A stretch of DNA of 64,000 nt from contig JBHGAY010000019.1 in the NCBI GenBank assembly GCA_041946735.1, forward strand, positions 49,594-113,593, given 5' to 3'. Position numbers and translations under genes: made by a program. The DNA is from Candidatus Eiseniibacteriota bacterium. Lineage in GTDB: Bacteria > Eisenbacteria > RBG-16-71-46 > CAIMUX01 > VGJL01. Below are positions 41,970 to 51,708 of this stretch, one piece after another. Each line of letters opens with the position of its first letter. The first letter of the stretch is position 1. A model generated the notes under the pieces. The model was given only the letters and a program-made list of their open reading frames with translations. It searched no databases and had not been told where the DNA came from.

Positions 41970-44900
41970 TCATCGGACCACCGCGATCATCTTGCGGATC
42001 GTGCGCGACTCCCCGTCTCCTTCGACTCGCAGCTGCACGACGTACGGCCCGGGCGCGAGCGCGCTCAGGTCCCAGCGATAGACGCTCCCCGCGGCGCCCG
42101 CCACTCCGTCCCAGCGGGCCGACGCGACGCGCCGGCCGCTGACGTCGAACGCCTCGACTCGCATCCGCGCCGGCTCGCCGAGCGTGTAGCGGATTGCCAG
42201 CACATCGCCGCGCACCGGGTTCGGCGCGAACACCACCTGGCTCGGATCGAGGAACGAGGGCGCCGTCGCGGGCACCGGCACCATCGCGGGATCGAGCGAC
42301 CCGGCGCGATTCGGGCCGCCGCCCGGGCCGGGGAAACAGCCGACGCAATGGTCGGCGACGCTCGTCCCGGCCAGCGGGGCGCCGGCAAGCGCGGTGATCG
42401 TGTCGGAGAGCGCCTCGGAGAAGACGAAGGCTTCGTCGCCGAGCGGCGAGAAGAGCCGGATCGGTCCGGAGTGCCCGAGCGCGCCGCTGGCGAAGGGCCA
42501 CCCAGGGAGGTTCTTCCCCTGGGAATCCCACACGAGCAGGATTCCGTCGCCGCGAAGCTGGATGAGCTCGACGCTCCCGTCCGATCCGACGTCCCAGAAG
42601 CGCGGGCCGCTCGTGCAATCGGGCCGGCGGAACTGGTCCGGATGCCAGACCGACTTGGGCCAGCCGCGTTCGGTGTTCCCCCCGAGGTCCCAGAGGAAGA
42701 TCTCGCCGGAGCGCGTCGTGACGGCGACCTCGAGCGCGCCATCGCCGTCAGGGTCGCCCACGGCCGGCGACCCGGCGAGCGAATCGCCCGCCTGCTGCGG
42801 CCATCCGTCGACCGGGAGCAGATCCTCGCCTTCGACCCGCAGCAGATCGACCGTCCCGTCGCTCGTCGTCGCGAGGACCAGCCGCTCCGCGTCTCCGCCG
42901 AAGAGGCGAGGCGCGCGGAACTGCAGGAGGTCCTTCACGGAACCGGCTCCGATCGAGACGGGGCGCGATGCCACGTCCTCGTCGGAGATGCGCGCGACGT
43001 TCCCATTCTCCGTGCCGAGCACGACCACGCCCATGATCGCCGAGACAGCCGTCGCGGCGCCGGTCAGGCCGGCGTCGCGCACGTATGCCTGGTCGAGCGA
43101 ACCGTCCGGTCGCAACGTGAGCGAAGCGGCCTTGCCGTCGCTCGTGCCGGCGACGATCGCCCCGGCGGTTGCGATCGGGCCTGCCGTGACCTTCCGCTCC
43201 GTCGTGTCGGCGGGCCAGGAACCGAGGAGCGTCCCCGCCGCATCGAGCCACCACGCCTTCCCAGCGGCGCGCTGCAGCACGGCGGGCGCGCCCTCTCCCG
43301 TCCATCCCGTCACGACCGCAGGACCGGCTTCCAGCGTGTCGGGGAAGCTCGCGAAGAGGACTCCCTCGCCCCCCTGCGTGAATCCTGTCCCGTCGTAGCG
43401 GATCCCGAAGAGCGCGTCGCCCGCCGCCAACAGCACCTCGTCGAATCCGTCCCCGTCGAGGTCGATCTGGTTCAAGCCATCGCGGACCGGCACGCCGATC
43501 AATCCGACCGGGAAGCCGGCGAGCTGGCGCTCGGAACCGGCGCGAATCCGCATCTCGAGTCCCGGTGGATCGAGCACCTCGATCGACACGCCGCTCGGGG
43601 ATCCGTCGTTGGTGCGGGAGTCGGGAAGCGTCTCGGGCCCGAACTTCGTGTAGCCGCCTGCGAAGTAGGGATCGTACGGGCCGCCGAGGAACTCCGGCGA
43701 GGCGGTGCCGATGTCCTGGATTCCGTCCGCCTCCTCGACATCGACTCCCCGCCGGTCGGAGTAAATGTTCACGCCTCCATACGGGGAGTTCAGGCCGGAG
43801 ATCGCCGCCAGCTCGTCGATGTGCCAGACGAGGATGCCGCTGCCCGGCAGCAGGTAGTCGTACTCGAGCCGCGCGAGCGGATCGTTCCCGTTCTCCTCGG
43901 CCGGCTCGGGCCCGAGGATCACCCCGGTCTCGGGGTCGGCGCGCAGGACGATCGACGAGTCGCCGTTGTAGTCGATCTCCCGGTTCTCGGCGAGGAAGTA
44001 CTCGGACAGATGGACCGGCAGATAGAGGACGTCGCGCTCGAGGAGCACCGCCTTCTGCGAGACGGTCTGCTCGGGACCGATCTCCAGGAGGTTCGTGTAG
44101 TCCGGGAAGAACAGCACCCGGTGCCACGGATCGAGGCTCGCGGGCAGGATCCCGCGCACCGCGACGACCTGCGTCGTGTCGTACGGATCGGCGACGAGCC
44201 CGTACTCCCCCTCTCCGGAGTCCATGAGGCTGAACACCCCGACGACCGGCAGGCCGCTGAAGACGTCGTAGAGATCGAAGAAGCCGAGCTGATGGCCGAA
44301 CTCGTGCGCGAGGACCCCGTTCATCGCCCCGGTGAATCCGTCCTGGCTCACCGTCTCCGGGACCACCATCACGAGGTTGATCTTCACCGAGTCAGCGCCG
44401 CCGACGGTCACGGCAAGCGAGTCGGTCAGTCCCAGGTTGAAGCTCGGAATGTCGTAGGGGGTGTCCTGGTGGATGTCCCCCTGGAAGTCGGTCCCCGCGT
44501 GGAAGACGAGGAAGGACTGGTAGCGCTTCCAGTCGATCGACCGATCGAGCGAGTCGGCGAGCATCACGCTCTCGCGGACGAACCGCTCGGCGCGCGTAAG
44601 GATCGAATCGCTGCTGACGCTGAAGATCCAGGGGCCGTAACGATCGGTGTCGGGAAGGTGATACGCCGAGTCGGGCTCCTGCGGAAAGACGTCGTACTGC
44701 AGGACGAGGCCGCCGCCGGTCTGCACGTCGTAGTAGCGGCGGAGCGCCTCGAGGTGCCGCTCGAAGTAGAGCTTGTTGTGCGGCGGAGGATCGATCGCCA
44801 CTTTCGCGCTGTCAGGGTCGCGCATGTCGAACCGGCCGTCCCCCGTCGTCTGGTCGCCCGCGGAGTTCTTCGCGAAGTCGACCCGCAGCGCGAGGATCCG

Positions 44901-45242
44901 CACCGTCTCGGGCTCCGCGACCTCCCGGAGCTTGGCCATCGCCCGCAACGCCGACGCGGGATCGCTTCCGCGATCGGAGAGCATGGCCGGCATCCGCCGC
45001 AGGACCGTCGGACGCATCGTCTTCGAGGAGAGCGTCGCGTTGCCCGTCCGCCCGAGGCCATCGGTGGAGCCGATCGCCCCGCGCTCGAGCAGATGCGGGA
45101 AGGGACGGAGCGACGGTGCGGCGAGGCCCGCACGCTCGGCGCTCGCCGGAGCGGCGGGGCGCACGTGGAAGGAGCGCGCAAAGGAGGCGGCCGGGAAGAG
45201 GAGCCCGGCCGCCAGCATCAGGATCCCGAGAGTCTTGCGCAA
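41970..45242 (-). CDS. Secreted zinc metalloprotease (M6/immune inhibitor A-like) with FG-GAP-like repeats and T9SS-type C-terminal domain
   Basis: Signal peptide; LAHEFGHQLGFFDLYD zincin motif; FSLMDSG; EYFLAENR; GILVWHIDE; DLDGDG/DPDGDG repeats; C-terminal FAPNPV...AFDVSGRRV...LAPGPYVVQL...KMIAVVR. Confidence 0.85.
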   Translation of the reverse strand: MRKTLGILMLAAGLLFPAASFARSFHVRPAAPASAERAGLAAPSLRPFPHLLERGAIGSTDGLGRTGNATLSSKTMRPTVLRRMPAMLSDRGSDPASALRAMAKLREVAEPETVRILALRVDFAKNSAGDQTTGDGRFDMRDPDSAKVAIDPPPHNKLYFERHLEALRRYYDVQTGGGLVLQYDVFPQEPDSAYHLPDTDRYGPWIFSVSSDSILTRAERFVRESVMLADSLDRSIDWKRYQSFLVFHAGTDFQGDIHQDTPYDIPSFNLGLTDSLAVTVGGADSVKINLVMVVPETVSQDGFTGAMNGVLAHEFGHQLGFFDLYDVFSGLPVVGVFSLMDSGEGEYGLVADPYDTTQVVAVRGILPASLDPWHRVLFFPDYTNLLEIGPEQTVSQKAVLLERDVLYLPVHLSEYFLAENREIDYNGDSSIVLRADPETGVILGPEPAEENGNDPLARLEYDYLLPGSGILVWHIDELAAISGLNSPYGGVNIYSDRRGVDVEEADGIQDIGTASPEFLGGPYDPYFAGGYTKFGPETLPDSRTNDGSPSGVSIEVLDPPGLEMRIRAGSERQLAGFPVGLIGVPVRDGLNQIDLDGDGFDEVLLAAGDALFGIRYDGTGFTQGGEGVLFASFPDTLEAGPAVVTGWTGEGAPAVLQRAAGKAWWLDAAGTLLGSWPADTTERKVTAGPIATAGAIVAGTSDGKAASLTLRPDGSLDQAYVRDAGLTGAATAVSAIMGVVVLGTENGNVARISDEDVASRPVSIGAGSVKDLLQFRAPRLFGGDAERLVLATTSDGTVDLLRVEGEDLLPVDGWPQQAGDSLAGSPAVGDPDGDGALEVAVTTRSGEIFLWDLGGNTERGWPKSVWHPDQFRRPDCTSGPRFWDVGSDGSVELIQLRGDGILLVWDSQGKNLPGWPFASGALGHSGPIRLFSPLGDEAFVFSEALSDTITALAGAPLAGTSVADHCVGCFPGPGGGPNRAGSLDPAMVPVPATAPSFLDPSQVVFAPNPVRGDVLAIRYTLGEPARMRVEAFDVSGRRVASARWDGVAGAAGSVYRWDLSALAPGPYVVQLRVEGDGESRTIRKMIAVVR

Positions 45243-45259
45243 AGCGGCGACCTGATCGA

Positions 45260-46234
45260 TCAGAACCGGTAGGTCAGGGAGAACTTGTTCACCCGGTCGA
45301 GCCCTCGCGCCTGGGGCACGCTCGCGTAATCGAACGCGAGGCTCCCGATCTGCACGCCGAAGCCGAAGCTCGGATCGCGGATATCGCCGTCCTTGTCGTA
45401 GATGTAGCCGGCGCGCAGGGCGGCGTAGGTCGAGTAGCCGAGCTCGACGCCGCCGTTCAGGATCGGCTTCTCATCGGAGTAGATGAGGCTCTTGTTGACG
45501 TCGAACTCGCCGAGAGCGCGGAAGGTGCCGTTGTCGAACGGCTTCGCCGCCACGCCGACCTTGAGGTTGCGGCCGATCGGGTCGGACTGGTCCGCGTCGA
45601 TGAAGGCGATGTTCGGGCCGAGGTTCTGCACGTTGACGCCGACGCGCACCGGGACGCCGGGCACCTCGTAGAGAGCGGCGAGGTCGGCGGCGAAGGTATC
45701 GCCGGTCCCGGCCTGGCCGTCCTGCGTGACGTCCGCCGGAGCGAGGTTCACGTAGACGTACTTCAGCGTGATCCCGGCCGACAGGCCCTTCGCGATCTGC
45801 GATCCGAGCGAGATCGAGGGCGCCACCTCGTAGCTCGAGAAGGTCCCTTTCTCGATCCCCTGCTCGTCGGTCGCGACGCTCTTGCCGTAGGTGAGGAAGA
45901 TCAGGCTCGCTCCGACGCCGCCCCATCCCTCCAGGTGCTGGGCGTAGCCGAGGTACTCGTAGTAGACGTCGTCGGCGAGGCCGGGCACGAGCTGGGTGTG
46001 CATCAGGGAGAAGACGCGTTGATTCAGTCCTGCCAGAGCGGCCGGATTCCACCAGTTCGCGGTGGCGTCGTTGACGGTCGCCACGGCGGCGCGGCCCATC
46101 CCGTCCGCGCGGGCGCCCGGGGTGATGTTCAGCGAGGCGGCGCCGCTGGTGCCTTGCGCCATGGCGTGAGCGGAGAGTACGAGGGCGAGACCGGCGGCCA
46201 GGGCGGCCGCACGAGAGAGAATCCGACGGTTCAA
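45260..46234 (-). CDS. porV: PorV/PorQ-family outer membrane protein
   Basis: Signal peptide; SLNITPGARADGMG and WWNPAAL motifs; LRAGY; C-terminal FSLTYRF; TTG start after GAGGAGG. Confidence 0.8.
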   Translation of the reverse strand: MNRRILSRAAALAAGLALVLSAHAMAQGTSGAASLNITPGARADGMGRAAVATVNDATANWWNPAALAGLNQRVFSLMHTQLVPGLADDVYYEYLGYAQHLEGWGGVGASLIFLTYGKSVATDEQGIEKGTFSSYEVAPSISLGSQIAKGLSAGITLKYVYVNLAPADVTQDGQAGTGDTFAADLAALYEVPGVPVRVGVNVQNLGPNIAFIDADQSDPIGRNLKVGVAAKPFDNGTFRALGEFDVNKSLIYSDEKPILNGGVELGYSTYAALRAGYIYDKDGDIRDPSFGFGVQIGSLAFDYASVPQARGLDRVNKFSLTYRF

Positions 46235-46469
46235 CGAACTACCTCCTCGATTCCCGGGAACGTCGCCACGGCAAAAGCCACGGCCGACTAACCCGTACCG
46301 GCCGGTCGGTTCCCGGGATTCTAGCATCGGCGCGGAAGGCCCACAACGTCACCACAGATCTGTACGGTGAAACGAGTTTCGTGCGGGCGCCCGTCCGGAT
46401 CGCGGTCTCCGCCCCGGTTGCTCCGGGGTCTTTCGGGTTTCGTTTCATGTTCCGAGCGGCACCGAACGG

Positions 46470-46499
46470 ACCGTACCACCCGCTCGGCGAGGGGGTCAA
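46470..46499 (-). promoter_or_regulatory. Candidate sigma-70 promoter upstream of porV
   Basis: TTGACC-N18-TACGGT with extended TG. A second extended -10 (TGcTAGAAT) lies at 46318-46326. Confidence 0.45.
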
Positions 46500-46810
46500 C
46501 GAAGGGACGGCGCAAGGCTCGGCGGAAGGGCACGGCGCGGGCGAGACCAAGGGATCAAGGGACAAAGGCATAGCCCCCGCTCGAGGGTGCCGTCTCCGTT
46601 GCCGAGATCTCTCCACGCGCCGATGGATCTGAACCGGGGACGTTGTTTGCACCCGTCTCGCAGGGGCTCGCCCTGAGACCCTTCCCATCCGGGTCTGCGC
46701 GGGAGAGAAGCAGGTCGCGTGCCGGAGCGCGACTCGAGAACCGCCCGGGGCCCGGCAACGAGTTACGGCCGCGAAGCGGCGCGGATCGCGGGCGGGCAGG
46801 CTCGCGAGAC

Positions 46811-46844
46811 GGGCGGAATCCCCCGAGATCGGGGAATCCCGCCC
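46811..46844 (-). terminator. Strong hairpin downstream of the Ig-repeat lipoprotein gene
   Basis: GGGCGGGATTCCCCGA-TC-TCGGGGGATTCCGCCC near-perfect stem about 30 nt after the stop. Confidence 0.55.
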
Positions 46845-46871
46845 GCGAAGCGCAGCCGATCGATCCCGGAT

Positions 46872-49800
46872 CTACGGCAGCGTGATCGTGATCGGCCACG
46901 AGCAAGGCTCGATGCCCTGCACCGTGAAGGTGAGAGTGACCACCGGCATCGAGGGGCAGTCATTCCCCAGCGGCGGATAGAAGACGTAGGGGGCGACGCC
47001 GTCCTTCGTGACGAGGGTGCCGTTGCGCCCGTCGATTCCGGTCACGAGACCGCCGGGGCTCGCCGACACCGAGACGACCGTGCCGTCCTTCACGGCGTTG
47101 CCGTACGCGTCGGTGACGAAGGCGACGGTGCTCTCGTCGCTCACCATCCCGCCGCCGCACACGAGCTGCGCCGGTCCTCCGCACTGCAGGTCGGCCGGAG
47201 GTCCGGAGGCGACGTTCACGCCGACCGCCTCGGAGACGACCGATCCGGCCTCTGCGGTGATGCGGACGGTCCCGGTCAGGGTGCCGGCGGTCAGCACGGC
47301 GCTCGCCGTCCCGGAGCGGAAGGTCGGCGCCGTGATCACGGCGGCTCCGTTCTCGAAGCGCTCCCCGCCTCCCGGCCCGCCGACGATCCGGAAGGTGACC
47401 CTCGCCCCCTCGCCGACCAGATCTCCGGACGCGTTGGTGACCGTCGCGGTGAGGATCGTCTGCTCGACGCCTCCCGCTCCGTAGACCTCGATCTCCGGTT
47501 CGGCCGCGTCGAGCGCGATCGCCGCCGGGTCGCTCGCCGTGTTCGGAATCCCGATCACGCAGGAGCCATGCTGCGCGTCGACTTCGCAGCCGACGACGGC
47601 GATTCCGTCTCCGCCGGGGAGGAGCCCCGACGCCGCGTAGACGGCGCTCGCGCGCCCCCCTTCGGTTCGTGAGTAGAGCGCGCCCGGATAGGCCGTCCCG
47701 GTGATACGCCCCTCGTCGACCGAGACTCGGACCACGGTCGAGTCGGCAACCGGATTGCGGTAGCGATCGAGCACGCGGAAGTGGACGGTCGTCGTGTCGT
47801 CGAGCGCGACGGTCGCGTCGGTCGCCCAGACGGTGAGGTCCTCGGCGGGCCCCGGAGCGATCAGGAAGTTGCGGCGGTTGCTCTCCATCACACCGTAGCG
47901 CGCGACCAAGGTCATCGGACCGGGGAGCGTCCCGGTCAGGAGAGGCACGAGGACCTTGCCGTCGGAACCGGTCGTGCGCGTCACCTCGCGCGTGCCTGCG
48001 CCTTCGATCCCCTCTCCGCCGTTCGGGCCGGAGACGATCGACACCTCGATCGGGAATCCGGCTCCGCAGGGGCGTCCCTGCGCGTCGATCGCGATCACCT
48101 CGAGCGTCGTCTCGTCCGTCCCTCCGGCGTCCTTGACGACGAGCCGGGTCGCCGGGCTGGTGAGCGTGAGCCCGGCGATCGACACCGGCGAGGTCGGGAT
48201 CCTCACGAGGGCGATGCAGGACAAGTCGGTCCCTTCGGCATGGCAGGTGATCCGCGCGATTCCATCGTCGCCGGGACGGGCGACGGGGCACTGGAAGAGG
48301 GCGCGGGCGACGCCGTTGCTGGAAATGCTCGTCGCTGGACCGTCCATGCCCTCGATGATCCCCCAGTCCGACTCGAAGCGCACCCACGCGCCATCGACCG
48401 GATTGTGCCGCTCGTCGTAGAGATGGACGAGGATCTCGGAGGTCCCTTCCGTGTCGATTTCCTCGGGATTCGCCTCACAGAAGAGGCCGGCCGGAGGACC
48501 GGACGCGATCTGCACGGTGATCGTGCGCTGCGCCGCTCCGGCTTCCGCCAGCACCTGCACGAGCCCCGGCGCGGTCCCCGCCTGGAGCACGGCGATTGCC
48601 TCCCCGTCGGCGTTCGTCTGCGTCGTGAAGACGCCTTCCTGCCCGCCGAGGATCGTCTCCCCTTCGTCCGGTCCGGACGCGATCGTGAAGCGGACGGTGA
48701 GGCCGGCCGGGACGCGCGCGCCGAGAGCGTCGAAGCAGGTCGCCGTGAGCGTGGCCGCGTCGTCGCCACCGCTGCCCCGCGTGCGGATCGACTCGTTGTC
48801 GGTGACGAGGTCGAGCCTCGTCACCGGCGGGAGCGAGAGGAGCTGGATCGTGATCTCCTCGGAGACGCCGTCGACGGTCGCCTTGAGGGTCGTCTCGCCA
48901 GGCTCCATCCCGGAGACGAGATCCACGTAGGCGCGACCGCCGTCGCCGGTCACGACGCTCGCCGGAACCGAACCGATCGCGTTCCAGGTGCGGTCGCCGT
49001 TCTGGTCGCGCCGGAGCCGATCGACGCCGGGGGTCCAGACTCCGTTGCCGTCGACGTCGTCGAACGGCTCGCCGGCCGCGAGGAGGATCCGCTTGCCGGG
49101 CAAGGCCGTCTGGTTGACGTCCCACACCTGGATCGACACCGGCGCACGGCTCGTGCCGTCCGCGTAGATCGGTCCTCCCTCGGCCTCGAGAGACATCCGG
49201 TAGGCGGAGGGCATCCGCAGGAGATGGACGATCGCCTGCGCCTCGACGCCGCGCGTGCGCGCCTGGATCGTCACGTCTCCCGGATCGACGCCGGCGCGAT
49301 AGAGCACCGTCGCCGTGCCGTCGTGCTGGGTCGTGGCGTGGGAGCCGATCGCGCCCATCACGTCCCACCGTCCGTTGCCGTTCGTGTCGCTGAAGATGTC
49401 GGTGGGGTCGGTGTACTGCCCATCGCCGTCCAGGTCCTCGAACGGCTCGCCGGCCGTGAACTGCACCACCACTCCCTGCACCGGACGCCCCTCCCAGTCG
49501 GTGACGATCGCGTAGACCTCCGACTCGCGCAGCCCGTCCGCCATCATCTCCGACTCGACCGCGTGCACCTCGAGGAGCAGCGTCGTCGGGTGGAAGACGA
49601 TCGCGAAGTCGGTCTCGCCGTCATCGGACGAGGCGTGAACCCAGGTGGTGCCCGGCGTGGAGGCCGCGCGGATCGTGAACTCGGCCGTCCCCGATCCGTC
49701 CGTGACGACTGCCGCGGGAACGGTGCCGAGCGGATCCCAGGAGCCGTTCTGGTTCAGGTCTCCGCCCTGGAGGAGCTGATCGCCGCTCGTGAAGGCCCCG

Positions 49801-50393
49801 TCCCGGTCGTTGTCGACGAAGCGGTCGCCTGCCGCGAGCCGCACGGTGGCGTTCGCGAGCGGTTCTCCATCGAGCCCGCGCGTGACGTGCACCTGCAATG
49901 AAAGCAGGCTCGTTCCGTCGGCCGGGATCGCGGTCGCGTTGGAGGGCGAGGAGATGGTCAACACGTCGGAGCCGGCCTGGCTCGCCTGCAGCAGCAGCTG
50001 CACGTAGCTCGTCGACTCGCCGCTGCGCGCCTTGAGCGTGACCAGGCCCCAGTAGCCCCGGTCGGCGCGGTAGAGCGCCTCGGCCCAGCCGCTCGCGTCG
50101 GTCGTCGCCGCCTGCGGCGCGAACGTGCCCGACTCGCGGTCGAGCATCTCGCCGAAGAGCACCTGCTTACCTGCCGCTCCGGTCACCCCGTCGTCCAGGA
50201 CGACCCGCGCTCGCACGAGCGTCGAGTCGCCGGGACCGAGGATCGCCGTAGCGACGGTAAGGGTTTCCATCCGCCAGGTTTCCCCGGAGGACGGACCGGT
50301 CGAGGAATCGTCGCCGCAGCCGCCGGTGAGCGACAGCAGGACGGCGGCCGCGAGGAGCAGCATGGATGAAGCGATCGGATGGGACGCGCGCAC
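46872..50393 (-). CDS. Large surface lipoprotein with invasin/intimin-type Ig (Big_1-like) repeats and Ca-binding DxDxDG loops
   Basis: Lipobox LTGGC; repeated IPADG/MMADG/IYADG, TDASG.A and D.YGN.V.DGT.V motifs; three G(E/D)xFxDxDxDG inserts. Confidence 0.8.
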   Translation of the reverse strand: MRASHPIASSMLLLAAAVLLSLTGGCGDDSSTGPSSGETWRMETLTVATAILGPGDSTLVRARVVLDDGVTGAAGKQVLFGEMLDRESGTFAPQAATTDASGWAEALYRADRGYWGLVTLKARSGESTSYVQLLLQASQAGSDVLTISSPSNATAIPADGTSLLSLQVHVTRGLDGEPLANATVRLAAGDRFVDNDRDGAFTSGDQLLQGGDLNQNGSWDPLGTVPAAVVTDGSGTAEFTIRAASTPGTTWVHASSDDGETDFAIVFHPTTLLLEVHAVESEMMADGLRESEVYAIVTDWEGRPVQGVVVQFTAGEPFEDLDGDGQYTDPTDIFSDTNGNGRWDVMGAIGSHATTQHDGTATVLYRAGVDPGDVTIQARTRGVEAQAIVHLLRMPSAYRMSLEAEGGPIYADGTSRAPVSIQVWDVNQTALPGKRILLAAGEPFDDVDGNGVWTPGVDRLRRDQNGDRTWNAIGSVPASVVTGDGGRAYVDLVSGMEPGETTLKATVDGVSEEITIQLLSLPPVTRLDLVTDNESIRTRGSGGDDAATLTATCFDALGARVPAGLTVRFTIASGPDEGETILGGQEGVFTTQTNADGEAIAVLQAGTAPGLVQVLAEAGAAQRTITVQIASGPPAGLFCEANPEEIDTEGTSEILVHLYDERHNPVDGAWVRFESDWGIIEGMDGPATSISSNGVARALFQCPVARPGDDGIARITCHAEGTDLSCIALVRIPTSPVSIAGLTLTSPATRLVVKDAGGTDETTLEVIAIDAQGRPCGAGFPIEVSIVSGPNGGEGIEGAGTREVTRTTGSDGKVLVPLLTGTLPGPMTLVARYGVMESNRRNFLIAPGPAEDLTVWATDATVALDDTTTVHFRVLDRYRNPVADSTVVRVSVDEGRITGTAYPGALYSRTEGGRASAVYAASGLLPGGDGIAVVGCEVDAQHGSCVIGIPNTASDPAAIALDAAEPEIEVYGAGGVEQTILTATVTNASGDLVGEGARVTFRIVGGPGGGERFENGAAVITAPTFRSGTASAVLTAGTLTGTVRITAEAGSVVSEAVGVNVASGPPADLQCGGPAQLVCGGGMVSDESTVAFVTDAYGNAVKDGTVVSVSASPGGLVTGIDGRNGTLVTKDGVAPYVFYPPLGNDCPSMPVVTLTFTVQGIEPCSWPITITLP

Positions 50394-50596
50394 GGCAACC
50401 TCCTGGGTGGACCTACCCGCAACGGGTACCCGAGTCCCGCTGGGAGCGGGACTCCCCCCGGAGGTTTTCGACCACTCGGACGGATCCCTACACCGTTTCG
50501 ATGAAGGAGGCCGGCTTCGAACGCGGAACGGAGAAGAAAGCGGGCCGGATTGGGGAATCCGGCCCAGCGAAGGCGCGGCGCCGCCTCACGGACGGC

Positions 50597-50836
50597 TCAA
50601 GCGGTCTTCTCCTCTACCTGGAGCTTGTCTGCCTGGAGTTTGCGGACGGCGGTCGCCTTCGCGCCCTTCGGCCCTTGCGCGAAGTCGAACTCGACGGCGT
50701 CCCCTTCCGCGAGGCTACGGAAGCCCTCTCCGTCGATCACGCTGAAGTGGACGAAGACGTCCCCGGAGCCGTCCTCCGCCTGGATGAATCCGTAGCCTTT
50801 CGCATCGCTGAACCACTTGACCCGTCCCTTCGGCAT
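50597..50836 (-). CDS. cspA: Cold-shock protein
   Basis: [15 protein letters not shown] (RNP1), DVFVHFS (RNP2), QGPKG. Confidence 0.95.
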   Translation of the reverse strand: MPKGRVKWFSDAKGYGFIQAEDGSGDVFVHFSVIDGEGFRSLAEGDAVEFDFAQGPKGAKATAVRKLQADKLQVEEKTA

Positions 50837-50959
50837 TCCGTCCCCTCCTCGAATCGGGCACGTGGGGGGGGCGGCGCGCTTGCGGCCCAGCCCCCGTCGT
50901 TGCGGGCGGCAGAACCGTGCCGCGGCCATCGAGACGATGCGGCACGCTCTGCGCGGCGG

Positions 50960-50988
50960 AGTCTACCATCGCCGTTGTCGGCGGTCAA
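50960..50988 (-). promoter_or_regulatory. Sigma-70 promoter of cspA
   Basis: TTGACC-N17-TAGACT with extended TG; implies a long (about 115 nt) 5' UTR, typical of csp genes. Confidence 0.7.
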
Positions 50989-51063
50989 TCGAACGCGGGG
51001 ACACGGACGCGGGGCACGAACGGCGACCGCTGCGCTGCTGCACAGTCACTCCGCCGCCGGTGG

Positions 51064-51708
51064 TCAGCGGAAGAACGCCCCTGCGATCGAGTGCGGAGCG
51101 TCCCGGAACAGGAAGGTGAGGCGTCCGATCAGCAAGCTGATGCGAGCCATCACCGTGTAGCCGTAGGAAGCGCCGAAGCTGACCATGAGAAACCAGATCC
51201 CGAGCCTCGCCGTCCCCCCCGCCACGCCGCGGTGCTGCACCGAGAAGAAGAAGTAGAAGAGCGAGGCCAGGAGGCCGATCACCAGGATCCAGTTGTCGAT
51301 CGTCGAGCCGATGTGGCCCGTCCAGAGCGGCACGAGGTTCGCGCGGATCTGCGGCACGAGATCGCCCTGCGCGAAGCCGATCACGGCGAGCCCGGAGTAC
51401 GCTCCGATCAGCAAGCCCATCGGCCACCGTGACAGCCAACCGATCCGGTCGACCAGGCGGGTGAAGAGGAGCAGGACCAGCGCGAGCGGGATCAGCTCGA
51501 GCAGGTCGCCATCGTGCACGAGCGGGTCCCACAAGTTGGGACGGAACACCTGGTGGAACTCGAGCGCCAGGTAGTAGCCGGCCGCCAGCCCGACGAAGAG
51601 ATGCTCCGCGAAGCGGTACACCGGGTTGTCTTTATAGAGGAAGGAGAGGATCGCGAGGGTCAGGATGGCCCCCACGATCGCGCCGAAGGCGTCGCCGAGC
51701 CCGGTCAT
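51064..51708 (-). CDS. Uncharacterised polytopic membrane protein (GlmL-linked cluster)
   Basis: About 6 hydrophobic segments; LYKDNPVYRFAEHLFVG; FGASYGYTVMARISLLIGR; ATGA overlap. Confidence 0.75.
   Translation of the reverse strand: MTGLGDAFGAIVGAILTLAILSFLYKDNPVYRFAEHLFVGLAAGYYLALEFHQVFRPNLWDPLVHDGDLLELIPLALVLLLFTRLVDRIGWLSRWPMGLLIGAYSGLAVIGFAQGDLVPQIRANLVPLWTGHIGSTIDNWILVIGLLASLFYFFFSVQHRGVAGGTARLGIWFLMVSFGASYGYTVMARISLLIGRLTFLFRDAPHSIAGAFFR

Noticed and set aside
46265..46310. c-di-GMP-I riboswitch-like string (GGCAAAAGCCACGGCC...CTAA)
   Set aside because: It is on the strand opposite porV and lacks the GAAA-tetraloop stem.
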